A stretch of 63,866 nucleotides of DNA, the filler included, from a bacterium (lineage in GTDB: Bacteria; JBBIVP01): NCBI GenBank assembly GCA_037439705.1. It is 6 parts of 6 records of this genome, joined end to end, with 100 filler letters (N's around TTAATTAATTAA, not from the genome) between each part and the next. Parts side by side here need not be neighbours in the genome. Positions count along the whole stretch, not along the records: positions 1 to 11,563 come from JBBIVP010000051.1; 5 more parts are not named here. The stretch is one strand, 5' to 3'. Of this stretch, positions 1 to 9,638 are shown piece by piece. The notes beneath the pieces were generated by a model that made no database searches, had not been told where the DNA came from, and saw nothing but the letters and a program-made list of their open reading frames with translations. Made by a program: the position numbers and the translations under genes. Each line of letters begins with the position of its first letter. Position 1 is the first letter of the stretch.

Positions 1-1
1 T

Positions 2-385
2 AAAGCGCAGCAGGATGCCCTTCTCCCATCAGTTGAAAGTGGAGAAATAATTTTGAAAAAAGATGATATCCCCTCCCCTTCCATAATTTCAGCTGAGAGG
101 GGAAATGCTCAAACATTTTATCCCCTGAAAGGGGAAGAAGAACTTGAATTTAAAAACTTTAAAGTCAACGAGAAATTGCTTGAAATGATAGCAAGTTTGA
201 GTGGTGGAAGGTTTTTTGAACTGGATGAATTCAAACCCGAAAAGGCTAAATTCATCTCAAAGAGAAAAAGGATTGAAAGTTCAAAGGAAATAAAAGAAAT
301 CTGGACCTCTTCAATTTTTATATTTATCTTTTTTTGTGTAATAATAATTGAATGGACGATGAGAAGAAAATGGGGACTGAGATAA
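2..385 (+). CDS. 3' end of a membrane-anchored protein (C-terminus typical of VWA/glutamine-amidotransferase-like domain proteins); 5'-truncated by the window edge
   Basis: Frame is open from position 2; ends in a hydrophobic helix followed by EWTMRRKWGL; ASLSGGRFF motif. Confidence 0.55.
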   Translation, partial: KAQQDALLPSVESGEIILKKDDIPSPSIISAERGNAQTFYPLKGEEELEFKNFKVNEKLLEMIASLSGGRFFELDEFKPEKAKFISKRKRIESSKEIKEIWTSSIFIFIFFCVIIIEWTMRRKWGLR

Positions 386-1146
386 TAAAAGAAGGAGATG
401 AGGTTTTAATCTATCTTGAAAAGGACAAGTTCTTCATAATTGAAATAAAAGAAAATTCATCTTTCTCATTTCATAAGGGAAAAATTGAGCACAATTCAAT
501 AATTGGAAAACCCTATGGGTGTTCTGTGACAACAAATAAGGACTACAGAGTAAGAGTCTTTCGCCCCACCCTTGCTGACAGAATTCTAAAATTAAAAAGA
601 AAAACCCAGATAATGTATTCAAAGGACATAGGAATAATGATACTGAAATCTGGTATTGGAAATGGTTCAAGGGTGATAGAAATGGGCTGTGGCTCAGGTG
701 CTTTAACAATAGCCCTCGCCCATTCGGTTGCTCCGGACGGAATAGTTTATTCTTACGATAACAGGGAGGAATTTATTGAACTCGCCCGAAAAAACCTTGA
801 GAAAGCAAATCTATCTAAATTTGTAGTCTTCCAGAAAAGGGACATTTCCGAGGGATTTTATGTGGAAGGGGTTGATGCTGTATTTCTTGACCTTCCTGAA
901 CCATGGGAAGCGGTTCCACATGCGGTAAAGGCTTTAAAAAACAGCGGAATATTGCTCAGCCTTTCTCCTACATTCAATCAGCTGGAAAAAACAGAAATTG
1001 CCATGGAAAAAGCGGGATTTGGTTTCATAGAATCCTTTGAAATTCTTATGAGAAAAATTCTGGCAAGGGAAAATAGAACAAGACCCTATGAAAGAATGGT
1101 CTCTCACACAGGATTTATAATTATGGGGAGGAAGATGGTGGATTAA
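370..1146 (+). CDS. trmI: tRNA (adenine58-N1)-methyltransferase TrmI/GCD14 family
   Basis: RPTLAD..KRKTQIMYSKDIG, EMGCGSGAL, DAVFLDLPEPW, RPYERMVSHTGF motifs. Confidence 0.9.
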   Translation: MGTEIIKEGDEVLIYLEKDKFFIIEIKENSSFSFHKGKIEHNSIIGKPYGCSVTTNKDYRVRVFRPTLADRILKLKRKTQIMYSKDIGIMILKSGIGNGSRVIEMGCGSGALTIALAHSVAPDGIVYSYDNREEFIELARKNLEKANLSKFVVFQKRDISEGFYVEGVDAVFLDLPEPWEAVPHAVKALKNSGILLSLSPTFNQLEKTEIAMEKAGFGFIESFEILMRKILARENRTRPYERMVSHTGFIIMGRKMVD

Positions 1147-1859
1147 ATTGAGGTAATCATTTTATTTTTACATACCAAAAATTTAAGAAGAACCAGAAGT
1201 GTTCCTAACCCATAAATCACACTCTGGAAAAAATTGACCGTGGAACTGTCGGGAAGGTATCTCGCTTCAACGGAAATCTCCTTTATCCTTGCTCCAAGAG
1301 AGATTGCCTGCGCAAGAATCTGACTGTCAAAAACAAACCAGTTGGAATTTTTCATAAATGGAATTTTTTTCAGAAGTTCCACCTTATATGCCCTTAATCC
1401 GGTGTGATATTCTGAAAGGTTAAGTCCAAAAACAAGGTTCTGAATCGTTGTGAGAAACCTGTTCCCAATGTATTTATAAAAGGGCATTCCCCCCTTTCTC
1501 GGGTCAACCCCAAGAAACCTTGACCCAAGAACAACCTCCGCAGAACCTTCCACTATCGGCTGAATTAGAGCGGGAATCTTTCTTCCGTCATACTGATAAT
1601 CCGGATGAAGCACAACAATTATTTCCGCTCCCCTTTTTATTGCCTCTGTAAAACATGTCTTGAGGTTCGCTCCATAACCCATGTTTCTTTCATGCCTTAT
1701 TGAATCTATACCCAGCTCCCTCGCAACCTCAATGGTTCTATCTGTACTTGCATCATCTACAAGAATAAGATTCTTTCGGAATTCTAACGGAATTTCCTCG
1801 TATGTTTTTTTAAGGGTCCTCTCTGCATTGAATGCGGGAAGAACCACAAAAGTCTTCAT
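1143..1859 (-). CDS. GT2 glycosyltransferase, DPM1-like (polyprenyl-phosphate sugar synthase)
   Basis: VVLPAFNAE, LVDDASTD, NMGYG, HPDYQYD, VLGSRF, SEYHTGLRAY. Confidence 0.9.
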   Translation of the reverse strand: MKTFVVLPAFNAERTLKKTYEEIPLEFRKNLILVDDASTDRTIEVARELGIDSIRHERNMGYGANLKTCFTEAIKRGAEIIVVLHPDYQYDGRKIPALIQPIVEGSAEVVLGSRFLGVDPRKGGMPFYKYIGNRFLTTIQNLVFGLNLSEYHTGLRAYKVELLKKIPFMKNSNWFVFDSQILAQAISLGARIKEISVEARYLPDSSTVNFFQSVIYGLGTLLVLLKFLVCKNKMITSI

Positions 1860-4831
1860 TGCCGGAACATTTTTAAAAGTTCTTCTCTCTGTGTTTTATA
1901 TTCATCTGGAATGGTTCTCAAGAGGTCTTTGAGCTCCTTTATAAATTCTGGTGGTAAATCCTTTAAAAGATAAAAACCTTTCTGCCAGAAAAAGAGGGCA
2001 TCCTCTACATTCCCTATTCCCATATTTGCAAGTCCGTAAAGTATAAGGATAATCGGAGAATCACCATAATATTTTTTCACAGTTTTCAAAAAGTTAAACG
2101 CATCCCTCCACCTCTCAGCCTTCAAAAGAAGTATTCCAAACCAGACCGCTGACTCATGAGACTTATTCATCTCATAATATGCCTTTCCAAAATCTATGGA
2201 CAGATTTATCTCGCCAATATAAAAATATGCCTCGGAAAGTGCTCTGTAAATAATGGGCAGTGATGGATAATAAGAAAGGGCTTTTAATAGATAAAAAATT
2301 GAATCCACAAAGGATTTCTTTTCCAGTAAAAAGAGACCCATCTTGAGATAAGCTTCTGGATAGACATATTTATCTTTCAAAGCATCTTTTAAATGGGACA
2401 ATGCCTCCTCTTCTTTTCCTCTTGAAAGAAGTGTTGCGGACATAACCGTATTCCATCTTGAATGCATAAGCCCAATAACTTCTCTAAAAAAGAAAAACCA
2501 AGAAAAGAAGATGGGAATAAGTAATATAAAGGAAGGGAGAATTCTCGCATCAAATCTGAATTCCTGAGGGTTTACTGGAAAAGGCTCTGGTTTTTTTCCC
2601 ATGAACAGAAACGAAATGGCAATCATAATACCGATAACTGAAAAAATCGCTCCAATTTTCACACTCAAAGGGCTGAATTTAAATTCTACCCTGTGGGAAC
2701 CCCCTGTTAGTTTTACAGCCCTTATGAAACCATACGCCTTGTAAATTTTTTCTCTCTTTCCATCAACATAAACCTTCCATCCCGGATAGAATGTATCAGA
2801 AAGAACGAGGAATCCACATTTTCCATTAACCTCCGCCTTTATCTCAACCCTTTCGGGTTCATATGAAAGGATTTCGGCACTTCCTCCTTTTCCTTCACAT
2901 TCAACATCCTCCTCAAGAAGAACTCCGTTCAGCGGGTCATATCCTTCAAGAACCATATTCCTCATCTCTTCACTTTCTAACTTTTTTGACCTTCCAACTA
3001 CAAAAGCTCTCGGAAGAACATCTTTAAGTTTATAGATAATCACATCACCATCTAAAACCTTCTCAAGTTTATCCTCAGGAATTTTATAATTCCTGTCAGT
3101 TCCTATGATATACTTCACCCCCAGAAGTCTTGCCATCGGGTATTCTATGTTGCCTATGGAAATCAATCTCATATCAGCAGGGTCGGTTGGAATTTTTTCT
3201 TTTATTGCAAAGAAATAGACATCCGGAATGAGGCTTTCATAGCCATCCGGTGATTGAATGGAAAGAAGGGAATAGAGATTTGCCTGAATTCCAGTCATTC
3301 TGTAATAACCGATTTCCTTTTTTATTGAATCAAAATAGGTGTTTTTCACATCAAGGAGTTTCGAAGAAACTGGAAGATTGTAAAGGATGGCAAGAGGGAA
3401 CAATTCAACAAAAGAAATGAAGAGTGAGAGAATTCCCTTTGATAGAAAGGAAAGTGGAAATGTAAAAAGAAAGGCAGAAAAAAGAACCACAATTATTGGA
3501 CTGACAATTGCTGGATTGAGGAGATAAAACCATCCCTGTGGATATGAATCAGCCTTTACTTTTACTGCTATTATTCCCACACCAAAAATGAAAATGGATG
3601 AGATTATAACAGCCAGCCAGTTTCCTCTTTCTTCATTCAAAAGGCATTCCAGTCCGTAGGCACCGGCAATGGAAATGGAAAAGACTGCTATATAAAGGGT
3701 TTTTATAGGAACGGTCTTTTTTACAAAAGGAAATATGCTTTCAAAAATCCTTGTTAAAGGGGTGTAAAAGGCAATGAGATAAAAAATAAAAGCACAACCG
3801 AGGAAAAAGAGACCATCATTCTTTCTTTTTTTAGAAAAAAGGTTGAAAAGGGAAAGAAATACTGCGAGATTCCCTGTAAATCCACAGGTCTGATACAGAT
3901 TGTAGGGGTGGTAGAGATTGACCTTGTGAAAGGATGCGTCATATATGAGTGGATGAAAAAATGCAACCCCTACAAACTGTGCTATTGCCTTTACTGGAAG
4001 GGAATGGTATTCCTGGGGTCTTTGAAGTGAAGAAAGAAGTATAAGTTCAATGGTTGGAAGAAGCTGTATAAAAGCAATAAAAAAGCCAATAAATGTAATG
4101 AGCAGGAACTCTATAAACGCCCTTGTGTAAGGTCCCTGATAAATCCGGTAAACTGCAAAGGCAAGAAAGCCAATCAGACCGTAAAAGCTGTAATTCAGGT
4201 GTTTTCCGAGAATAATCAAGGCGAAGGATATACCGCCAATACCCCTCCAAAAAAAATTGCTTTCCTTTATCGCCCTTTCATAGGAAAGAAAAAGAAGTGG
4301 AATATACGGTGCTATTGAATAAACATATTCGTGCTGAAACAGAGTGGCATTAAAACAATTATAACTCCAGATAAAACCACCGAGGAGAGAAGGAAAAAGT
4401 GAAAGGTTCATCTTCCTTAAAAAGATGAATGTGAAAAAGCCTGTGAAAAATAAATGGACAAAGAGAAACAGCTCCCTTGCCCTGTGGGGTGGAAGTATAA
4501 GGTGAAATAAAATTTTGAAGGGATTTAAAAAACCGTTCTGACCGTTCGCAAATAATGGATATCCGCTGAAAAGATAAGGGTTCCAGAGAGGGAAATTTCC
4601 CTTCTTCAACTCGCTGTTGTAAAAAGCATCGTTGGGATATGAATGTATTACCGCCTCCCACCTTTCAAAAAGAACAAAAATCTTCTTCTCCCTTGGCGGA
4701 TATAAATAGTTCTGGTCAAGAACATCTGCCGGAATAAATGTCTTTCCTCCGGGAAGTAATTGTGAAAAGAATAAAAGGGCAAGAAAAAAGTAAAAACAAG
4801 CTCCAATCAGGAGTTCCTTCTTAAAATCCAT
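1856..4831 (-). CDS. YfhO-family (GT-C-like) multi-pass membrane glycosyltransferase with C-terminal TPR repeats
   Basis: FPLWNPYLFSGYPLFAN, many TM helices, LPRAFVV, LVLSDTFYPGWKVYVDGK; C-terminal ~200 aa helical TPR-like pattern (PEAYLKMG..AL..YP). Confidence 0.8.
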   Translation of the reverse strand: MDFKKELLIGACFYFFLALLFFSQLLPGGKTFIPADVLDQNYLYPPREKKIFVLFERWEAVIHSYPNDAFYNSELKKGNFPLWNPYLFSGYPLFANGQNGFLNPFKILFHLILPPHRARELFLFVHLFFTGFFTFIFLRKMNLSLFPSLLGGFIWSYNCFNATLFQHEYVYSIAPYIPLLFLSYERAIKESNFFWRGIGGISFALIILGKHLNYSFYGLIGFLAFAVYRIYQGPYTRAFIEFLLITFIGFFIAFIQLLPTIELILLSSLQRPQEYHSLPVKAIAQFVGVAFFHPLIYDASFHKVNLYHPYNLYQTCGFTGNLAVFLSLFNLFSKKRKNDGLFFLGCAFIFYLIAFYTPLTRIFESIFPFVKKTVPIKTLYIAVFSISIAGAYGLECLLNEERGNWLAVIISSIFIFGVGIIAVKVKADSYPQGWFYLLNPAIVSPIIVVLFSAFLFTFPLSFLSKGILSLFISFVELFPLAILYNLPVSSKLLDVKNTYFDSIKKEIGYYRMTGIQANLYSLLSIQSPDGYESLIPDVYFFAIKEKIPTDPADMRLISIGNIEYPMARLLGVKYIIGTDRNYKIPEDKLEKVLDGDVIIYKLKDVLPRAFVVGRSKKLESEEMRNMVLEGYDPLNGVLLEEDVECEGKGGSAEILSYEPERVEIKAEVNGKCGFLVLSDTFYPGWKVYVDGKREKIYKAYGFIRAVKLTGGSHRVEFKFSPLSVKIGAIFSVIGIMIAISFLFMGKKPEPFPVNPQEFRFDARILPSFILLIPIFFSWFFFFREVIGLMHSRWNTVMSATLLSRGKEEEALSHLKDALKDKYVYPEAYLKMGLFLLEKKSFVDSIFYLLKALSYYPSLPIIYRALSEAYFYIGEINLSIDFGKAYYEMNKSHESAVWFGILLLKAERWRDAFNFLKTVKKYYGDSPIILILYGLANMGIGNVEDALFFWQKGFYLLKDLPPEFIKELKDLLRTIPDEYKTQREELLKMFRQ

Positions 4832-4858
4832 AATTATTTTTATATCACATATGAATTT

Positions 4859-6073
4859 TTAAATAAACCTGAAGGTAATTAGTTTTACCTCTTCACCTTG
4901 AGAAACAACGGTAGTCCCCTCTTTAAGAACAATTATACAATTTGCCTCTGTAAGAGACTTCAATATCCCTGAGCCCTGAAATGAAAGAGGACGAACATAG
5001 GTTTTTCCATCTTTGAGATAGAAATATCCCCTGAGAAAAACAGTTCTATCCTTTTTTCCTTTAACATCACCATCAAGATAAGCCCTCATCTCAAACTCCT
5101 TAAATTCCGCATCCATCATCTTATACAGTACTGGTCTAACAAACATCATAAATGTTATAAATGCTGAAACAGGATTTCCGGGAAGCCCAAATACAGGCTT
5201 TTTGTTTTTAAGAAGACCGAAGAAAAGAGGTTTTCCGGGCTGGATAGCTACCTTCCAGAAAATCTCCTTAACACCATTTTCAAATAAAACCTCCCTGACG
5301 AGGTCAGGTTCACCCATTGATACTCCGCCTGTAAAAACTATGAGGTCTCCTTTAAGTGCCTTTTTGAAGCATCTGTCAAGATCAGGTTTTCTATCCCCTG
5401 CCCTTCCTGTAAATAAAGGAGAACAACCCATTAAATAGACTGCGGAAGAAATAGTAAAAAAGTTTGCATCATATAACTGCCACTTCCCCTTTTTTTCCCA
5501 GGGTTCAACAATCTCATCACCAGTAGAGACAATGCTGACAACGGGAGGTTTTGAAACCTTGACCTCCTTTTTCCCAACCCTTGCAAGCATTCCTATATCA
5601 GGAGGTAAAAGAATCCTTCCCTTCTTAAGCACAACCTCTCCTTTCAGAACATCTTCCCCTTCAGGTGCCACATTATCTCCACTCTTTACTTCTTTATATA
5701 CCTTAACATAATCTCCCTCTCTCTCTGTATCCTCTACCATAACAACCGCATCTACTTCATCTGGAACGGGTGCACCTGTAGAGATAAGGCATGCTTCTCC
5801 TCTTTTTAACTTTTTCTTTAAAAATCCTCCTGGAAAAACAGAACAGGCAATCAAAAGTTTTACAGGATTTTCACGAGATGCTCCACTGGTATCTTCGGAA
5901 ATCACTGCATATCCATCAACCGCGGAGCGTCTAAATGAAGGAATATTCTCCTTTGCTTTTACATCCTCTCTTAAAACCATTCCTACACATTTCTCTCCCA
6001 CCGGAATGGTTATGGCGGGGAGGGTTTTCAGAAGCGAAATAATTTTTTCTCTTGCCTCTTCAAAAGAAATCAT
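4859..6073 (-). CDS. moeA: Molybdopterin molybdotransferase MoeA
   Basis: RSAVDGYAV, ISTGAPVP, DAVVMVED, STGDEI, TGGVSMG, QPGKP, GLPGNPVS; start reassigned to ATG 6073 (MISFEEA). Confidence 0.95.
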   Translation of the reverse strand: MISFEEAREKIISLLKTLPAITIPVGEKCVGMVLREDVKAKENIPSFRRSAVDGYAVISEDTSGASRENPVKLLIACSVFPGGFLKKKLKRGEACLISTGAPVPDEVDAVVMVEDTEREGDYVKVYKEVKSGDNVAPEGEDVLKGEVVLKKGRILLPPDIGMLARVGKKEVKVSKPPVVSIVSTGDEIVEPWEKKGKWQLYDANFFTISSAVYLMGCSPLFTGRAGDRKPDLDRCFKKALKGDLIVFTGGVSMGEPDLVREVLFENGVKEIFWKVAIQPGKPLFFGLLKNKKPVFGLPGNPVSAFITFMMFVRPVLYKMMDAEFKEFEMRAYLDGDVKGKKDRTVFLRGYFYLKDGKTYVRPLSFQGSGILKSLTEANCIIVLKEGTTVVSQGEEVKLITFRFI

Positions 6074-6074
6074 T

Positions 6075-6254
6075 TTAAAAACACCCGAGTTGACAACCAA
6101 CAATTTTTATGCCGAGTTCCTCAATTGCATTGCCAACATCCCTAACAGGAACCCCTAATGACTCCGCTATCTCAAATGCCTTCTTGCACGAAATTTTACC
6201 TTCCTTCTGATGCTCCATCACCAATTTTTTAATTTCTTCTTTCTCAACCTTCAT
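6075..6254 (-). CDS. Small 59-aa Cys-containing protein ending CQLGCF (not in ORF track)
   Basis: Manual translation: MKVEKEEIKKLVMEHQKEGKISCKKAFEIAESLGVPVRDVGNAIEELGIKIVGCQLGCF*; fills the gap between amidase and moeA, overlapping the first and abutting the second. Confidence 0.85.
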   Translation of the reverse strand: MKVEKEEIKKLVMEHQKEGKISCKKAFEIAESLGVPVRDVGNAIEELGIKIVGCQLGCF

Positions 6255-7692
6255 AGAGCTTTTCTACCCATTCAGGCGGTCTCCATCCACCGAATTCCTT
6301 CTCAAATTCCATCGCCAGTCTTATGGTAATGTGGTCGTTATAGGAATTGGAAACAATCTGAATACCAAGTGGAACCCCATCTTTTGATAAACCCAGTGGA
6401 ACCTGTGTCACAGGAAGGCGAAGAACATTAAATATTCCCGTATACGCAAAATCAATTGGCGTTAAAAGTGGACGATTGTGAAATGGAGCTGGTCTGGAAT
6501 AGGAGGGATAAAGAATAACGCCGTCCTTCTTGAGGAGGTCATCGATTTTCTCTTTCAACCTGTTACCCATCTCAACAAACCTTCTTAGAACTGGACGAAA
6601 TCTAAATCCCTCTGAGATGGAAAGCATAATTCCCGGGAATGTGTGTTTAGAAATTCCGAAAATCCATTTTATAAGTTCAATGAAAGGATGGATTGCCTTA
6701 CCACCTCCCATCAAAACCTTAAAAAGAGTTTTCTCCGCAGAATTGAGCATACTTGACCATATTAGAAAAGAAAATTTGAGTTCGTTAATTTTTATCTCCT
6801 TTACCATTTTTCCCTTTCTTTTCAGAAATTCAACACATTTTCTCTGAACTGATTTTAAGGATGAACGAACCGGTATTAATCCGTTGTCTTCAATGCTGAA
6901 AACCCTTATCTCTTCCATCTTCACATCTTCAGGGTTCTTCAATTCAACCTCTTCACAATATGGGTCCTTACCATCGGGGCCAGAAAGAATTTTCAATAAA
7001 GGCATCAAATCCTCAGCCCTTCTTGCAAGTGGACCAGGTGTAAGAAATTTTAAGGCTTCGCCATCTGTGGATGGAAATTGTCCTGTGTTTGGAACTAATC
7101 CGTTAGTGGGTTTGTGCCCAAAAATACCATTAAAAAATGCAGGAAGTCTTATAGAGCCTCCAAGGTCTGAGCCGAGACCAAATGGAGAACCACCAGCTCC
7201 TATTATTGCTCCCTCTCCCCCGGAACTTCCTCCAGCAATCCTCCTCCTGTCGTATGCGTTGTTTGTCCTTCCGTAAATTTTATTGTTTGTTTCCATCCAC
7301 ATACAGAGTTCCGGAACATTCGTAATACCAAGAGGAATTGCTCCTGCGTCCTTTAACCTTTTAACAGTTGGAGCATCTTTTTTTGCAATAAAGTTTCTCC
7401 TTGAGTAAAGACCACCCGAATTGGGCATTCCTTTGAAAGCAAAACTTTCCTTTATTGTGCATGGAACACCGTAATAAGGTGGGACTTCATCAGGATTGCC
7501 CTTCAGATGTTCATCCACTTTTTTTACTTCTTTTATGGCTTCCTCAAATCTATCCTTTATCACTGCGTTCAAAATCGGATTAACTTTTTTTATGTGTTCT
7601 ATATGAACCCTCACCACTTCCTCGGATGTAACCTCTCTCTTTCTTATAAGTTCTGCAAGTTTTTTTCCTGAAAGGAGAAGGAGTTCGTTCAT
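6244..7692 (-). CDS. Amidase signature family enzyme (FAAH2-like)
   Basis: GVPCTIKE (catalytic Lys), GGSSGGEG, GSDLGGSIRLPA (Ser-cisSer-Lys triad). Confidence 0.92.
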   Translation of the reverse strand: MNELLLLSGKKLAELIRKREVTSEEVVRVHIEHIKKVNPILNAVIKDRFEEAIKEVKKVDEHLKGNPDEVPPYYGVPCTIKESFAFKGMPNSGGLYSRRNFIAKKDAPTVKRLKDAGAIPLGITNVPELCMWMETNNKIYGRTNNAYDRRRIAGGSSGGEGAIIGAGGSPFGLGSDLGGSIRLPAFFNGIFGHKPTNGLVPNTGQFPSTDGEALKFLTPGPLARRAEDLMPLLKILSGPDGKDPYCEEVELKNPEDVKMEEIRVFSIEDNGLIPVRSSLKSVQRKCVEFLKRKGKMVKEIKINELKFSFLIWSSMLNSAEKTLFKVLMGGGKAIHPFIELIKWIFGISKHTFPGIMLSISEGFRFRPVLRRFVEMGNRLKEKIDDLLKKDGVILYPSYSRPAPFHNRPLLTPIDFAYTGIFNVLRLPVTQVPLGLSKDGVPLGIQIVSNSYNDHITIRLAMEFEKEFGGWRPPEWVEKLYEG

Positions 7693-8963
7693 TCGTAGCC
7701 CTTCTTTTTCTCCATCTTCTTTATTTTTTCCAGTTTTTTATCTTTTGGAAGCTCTGCCCAATCTCTCAAATCCCTCAATGTTTGCTGGGTAATATAGGAA
7801 TTGAGTGCAAGGTTTCCCTCAGGAAGAACCTTCAGAACAAGCGATACAAGTTTACCGAGTTCATTAGCATCGTATGTAACCCTGTAGTTCACAAGGGTAG
7901 TTCCGTCATCCATCGGATAGAACTTGAAAAATCCCTTCGGAATATACTTATCACCTTCAAGGCATTTCCAGCTTATAAGGTGTGGCTTTTTCAATTCATA
8001 TTCAAGAGTAAATTTCGGGCTCACCTTTATTATCGCTATCCTAACATCATATTTGAACTCAACCTTTGCACTTTCATCTTTCTTCTCGTGAACCTTAACC
8101 TTTTCAAGCATCTGTTCAAAATATTTGTATGAAGAAAAGTCAGAAATTATGTCAAAAGCCTCTTCTTGAGGAACATTCAACCTTATCCAGCTTGAAATGT
8201 CCATAATGTTTCCCTGCCCTAAAGAAAAGAGAAGAACAGGTCCCTTCTTTGCAAACTCCTTCATCACATTTACTTCTTCCTCCTCAGAAAAAGTAGCTTC
8301 ATCTTTATGCTGTTGTGCGCCTGCGTTCTCCTTTTCAACATAGTCTTTCAGTTTTTTCGCATAAACAGCACCTGCTGATATACTTATGCCCATATCAAGA
8401 AATGGATACTTTTCGTAAAGTTTTTTCAAAAATCCTGAACCGGGAATAGCCCATACATTGTAGAAAAAGAGAGTCCGATTTTCATCAACAAAAATGTCCT
8501 CAAACCAGCCATATGTCTTTTCTATCTCTCCTCCCATTCCAACCCAGTCTGTCCTGATCGGAGGATGATGGTAGTGCCTTACTTTATAATCCACGGTGAA
8601 AGGCAAAAAAATGAACTTGAACCCCAAATGATACTCAAGGTCAACAACTCTCTCATTCCATTCAACAACATCTACCGAACTACACGATGGAACCCATTTA
8701 TTATAGTTTTTGAAATCTGCTATAACATTCCAGATTTTTTCCTTTGAAGAATTAATCCTTATTCCGGCAGATAAAATCCACGGAATCTCCCGGATTGTTT
8801 CATCAATTATAACTATCTCTCCTGTTCCTATTATTTTGTCAAGTAGTGATGGGTTTTCTACTAAAGAACCTATTGACCTTGAAAGCGTAAGGTTCATTTC
8901 TTTTTCAAGTTCATCTGGAACCGTTGAAAGGGATATTAAAAATAGCAAAACAAATGTCTTCAT
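7689..8963 (-). CDS. Exported protein with two tandem SRPBCC/START (polyketide cyclase-like) domains
   Basis: N-terminal hydrophobic signal; two copies of the W/F..I.DF..Y pattern (IWNVIADFKNYNKWVP and AFDIISDFSSYKYF). Confidence 0.7.
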   Translation of the reverse strand: MKTFVLLFLISLSTVPDELEKEMNLTLSRSIGSLVENPSLLDKIIGTGEIVIIDETIREIPWILSAGIRINSSKEKIWNVIADFKNYNKWVPSCSSVDVVEWNERVVDLEYHLGFKFIFLPFTVDYKVRHYHHPPIRTDWVGMGGEIEKTYGWFEDIFVDENRTLFFYNVWAIPGSGFLKKLYEKYPFLDMGISISAGAVYAKKLKDYVEKENAGAQQHKDEATFSEEEEVNVMKEFAKKGPVLLFSLGQGNIMDISSWIRLNVPQEEAFDIISDFSSYKYFEQMLEKVKVHEKKDESAKVEFKYDVRIAIIKVSPKFTLEYELKKPHLISWKCLEGDKYIPKGFFKFYPMDDGTTLVNYRVTYDANELGKLVSLVLKVLPEGNLALNSYITQQTLRDLRDWAELPKDKKLEKIKKMEKKKGYE

Positions 8964-9193
8964 TATGAAAAGAGTTTATTTAAGGAATCTATAAAAGTCA
9001 AGAAAAAGTGTAGATACACATGGAGGGGAAAGGGGTAATTGGATGAAAAGGTTCAATTACCACCATCCCATTCGGTATATAAAAAACAAAAGTGGAGGCA
9101 CTCACAGATAAGGAACATTCTATATTACAGTACAAATCAATTATTTAACTTAACTTGTTGCATACAAAAAATTTTTTAGTAAATTCAAAAACT

Positions 9194-9628
9194 ATGGAAA
9201 AAGTATATTATTATAAGGTTGAAGGAATAAAAGGAGATGGGAAAAATGCGGTTCTCAAGGAAGAAGGACTAATACCTCTTGATGCTTCTTCTCCGCCGGA
9301 ATTTGGCGGCGTTTCTGGAAAATGGACTCCTGAACACCTTTTTGTTGCTTCGGTGGTTTCATGTTACATAATGACATTCATTTCCGTGGCGAATGCAATG
9401 AAAATAGAATATGAAGAGATGAAGTGTGAAGGTACCGGAACTTTGAAACCAACAGAAGGAAATAAAATGGAATTCGTTGAGGTTGTTCTTAAGCCTTATG
9501 TAGTGGTAAGAAGTGAGCAGTTAAAAGAAAAAGTTCTTAAAGCAATTAAGGTAGCTCATGACCATTGCCTTGTTGCGAGGTCTTTGAAGTCAGAAGTAAA
9601 GATTGAGCCCGAAATTATTGTGAAATAA
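9194..9628 (+). CDS. OsmC/Ohr family protein
   Basis: [24 protein letters not shown] and [11 protein letters not shown] (two conserved Cys). Confidence 0.9.
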   Translation: MEKVYYYKVEGIKGDGKNAVLKEEGLIPLDASSPPEFGGVSGKWTPEHLFVASVVSCYIMTFISVANAMKIEYEEMKCEGTGTLKPTEGNKMEFVEVVLKPYVVVRSEQLKEKVLKAIKVAHDHCLVARSLKSEVKIEPEIIVK

Positions 9629-9638
9629 GGAGGTTTTA

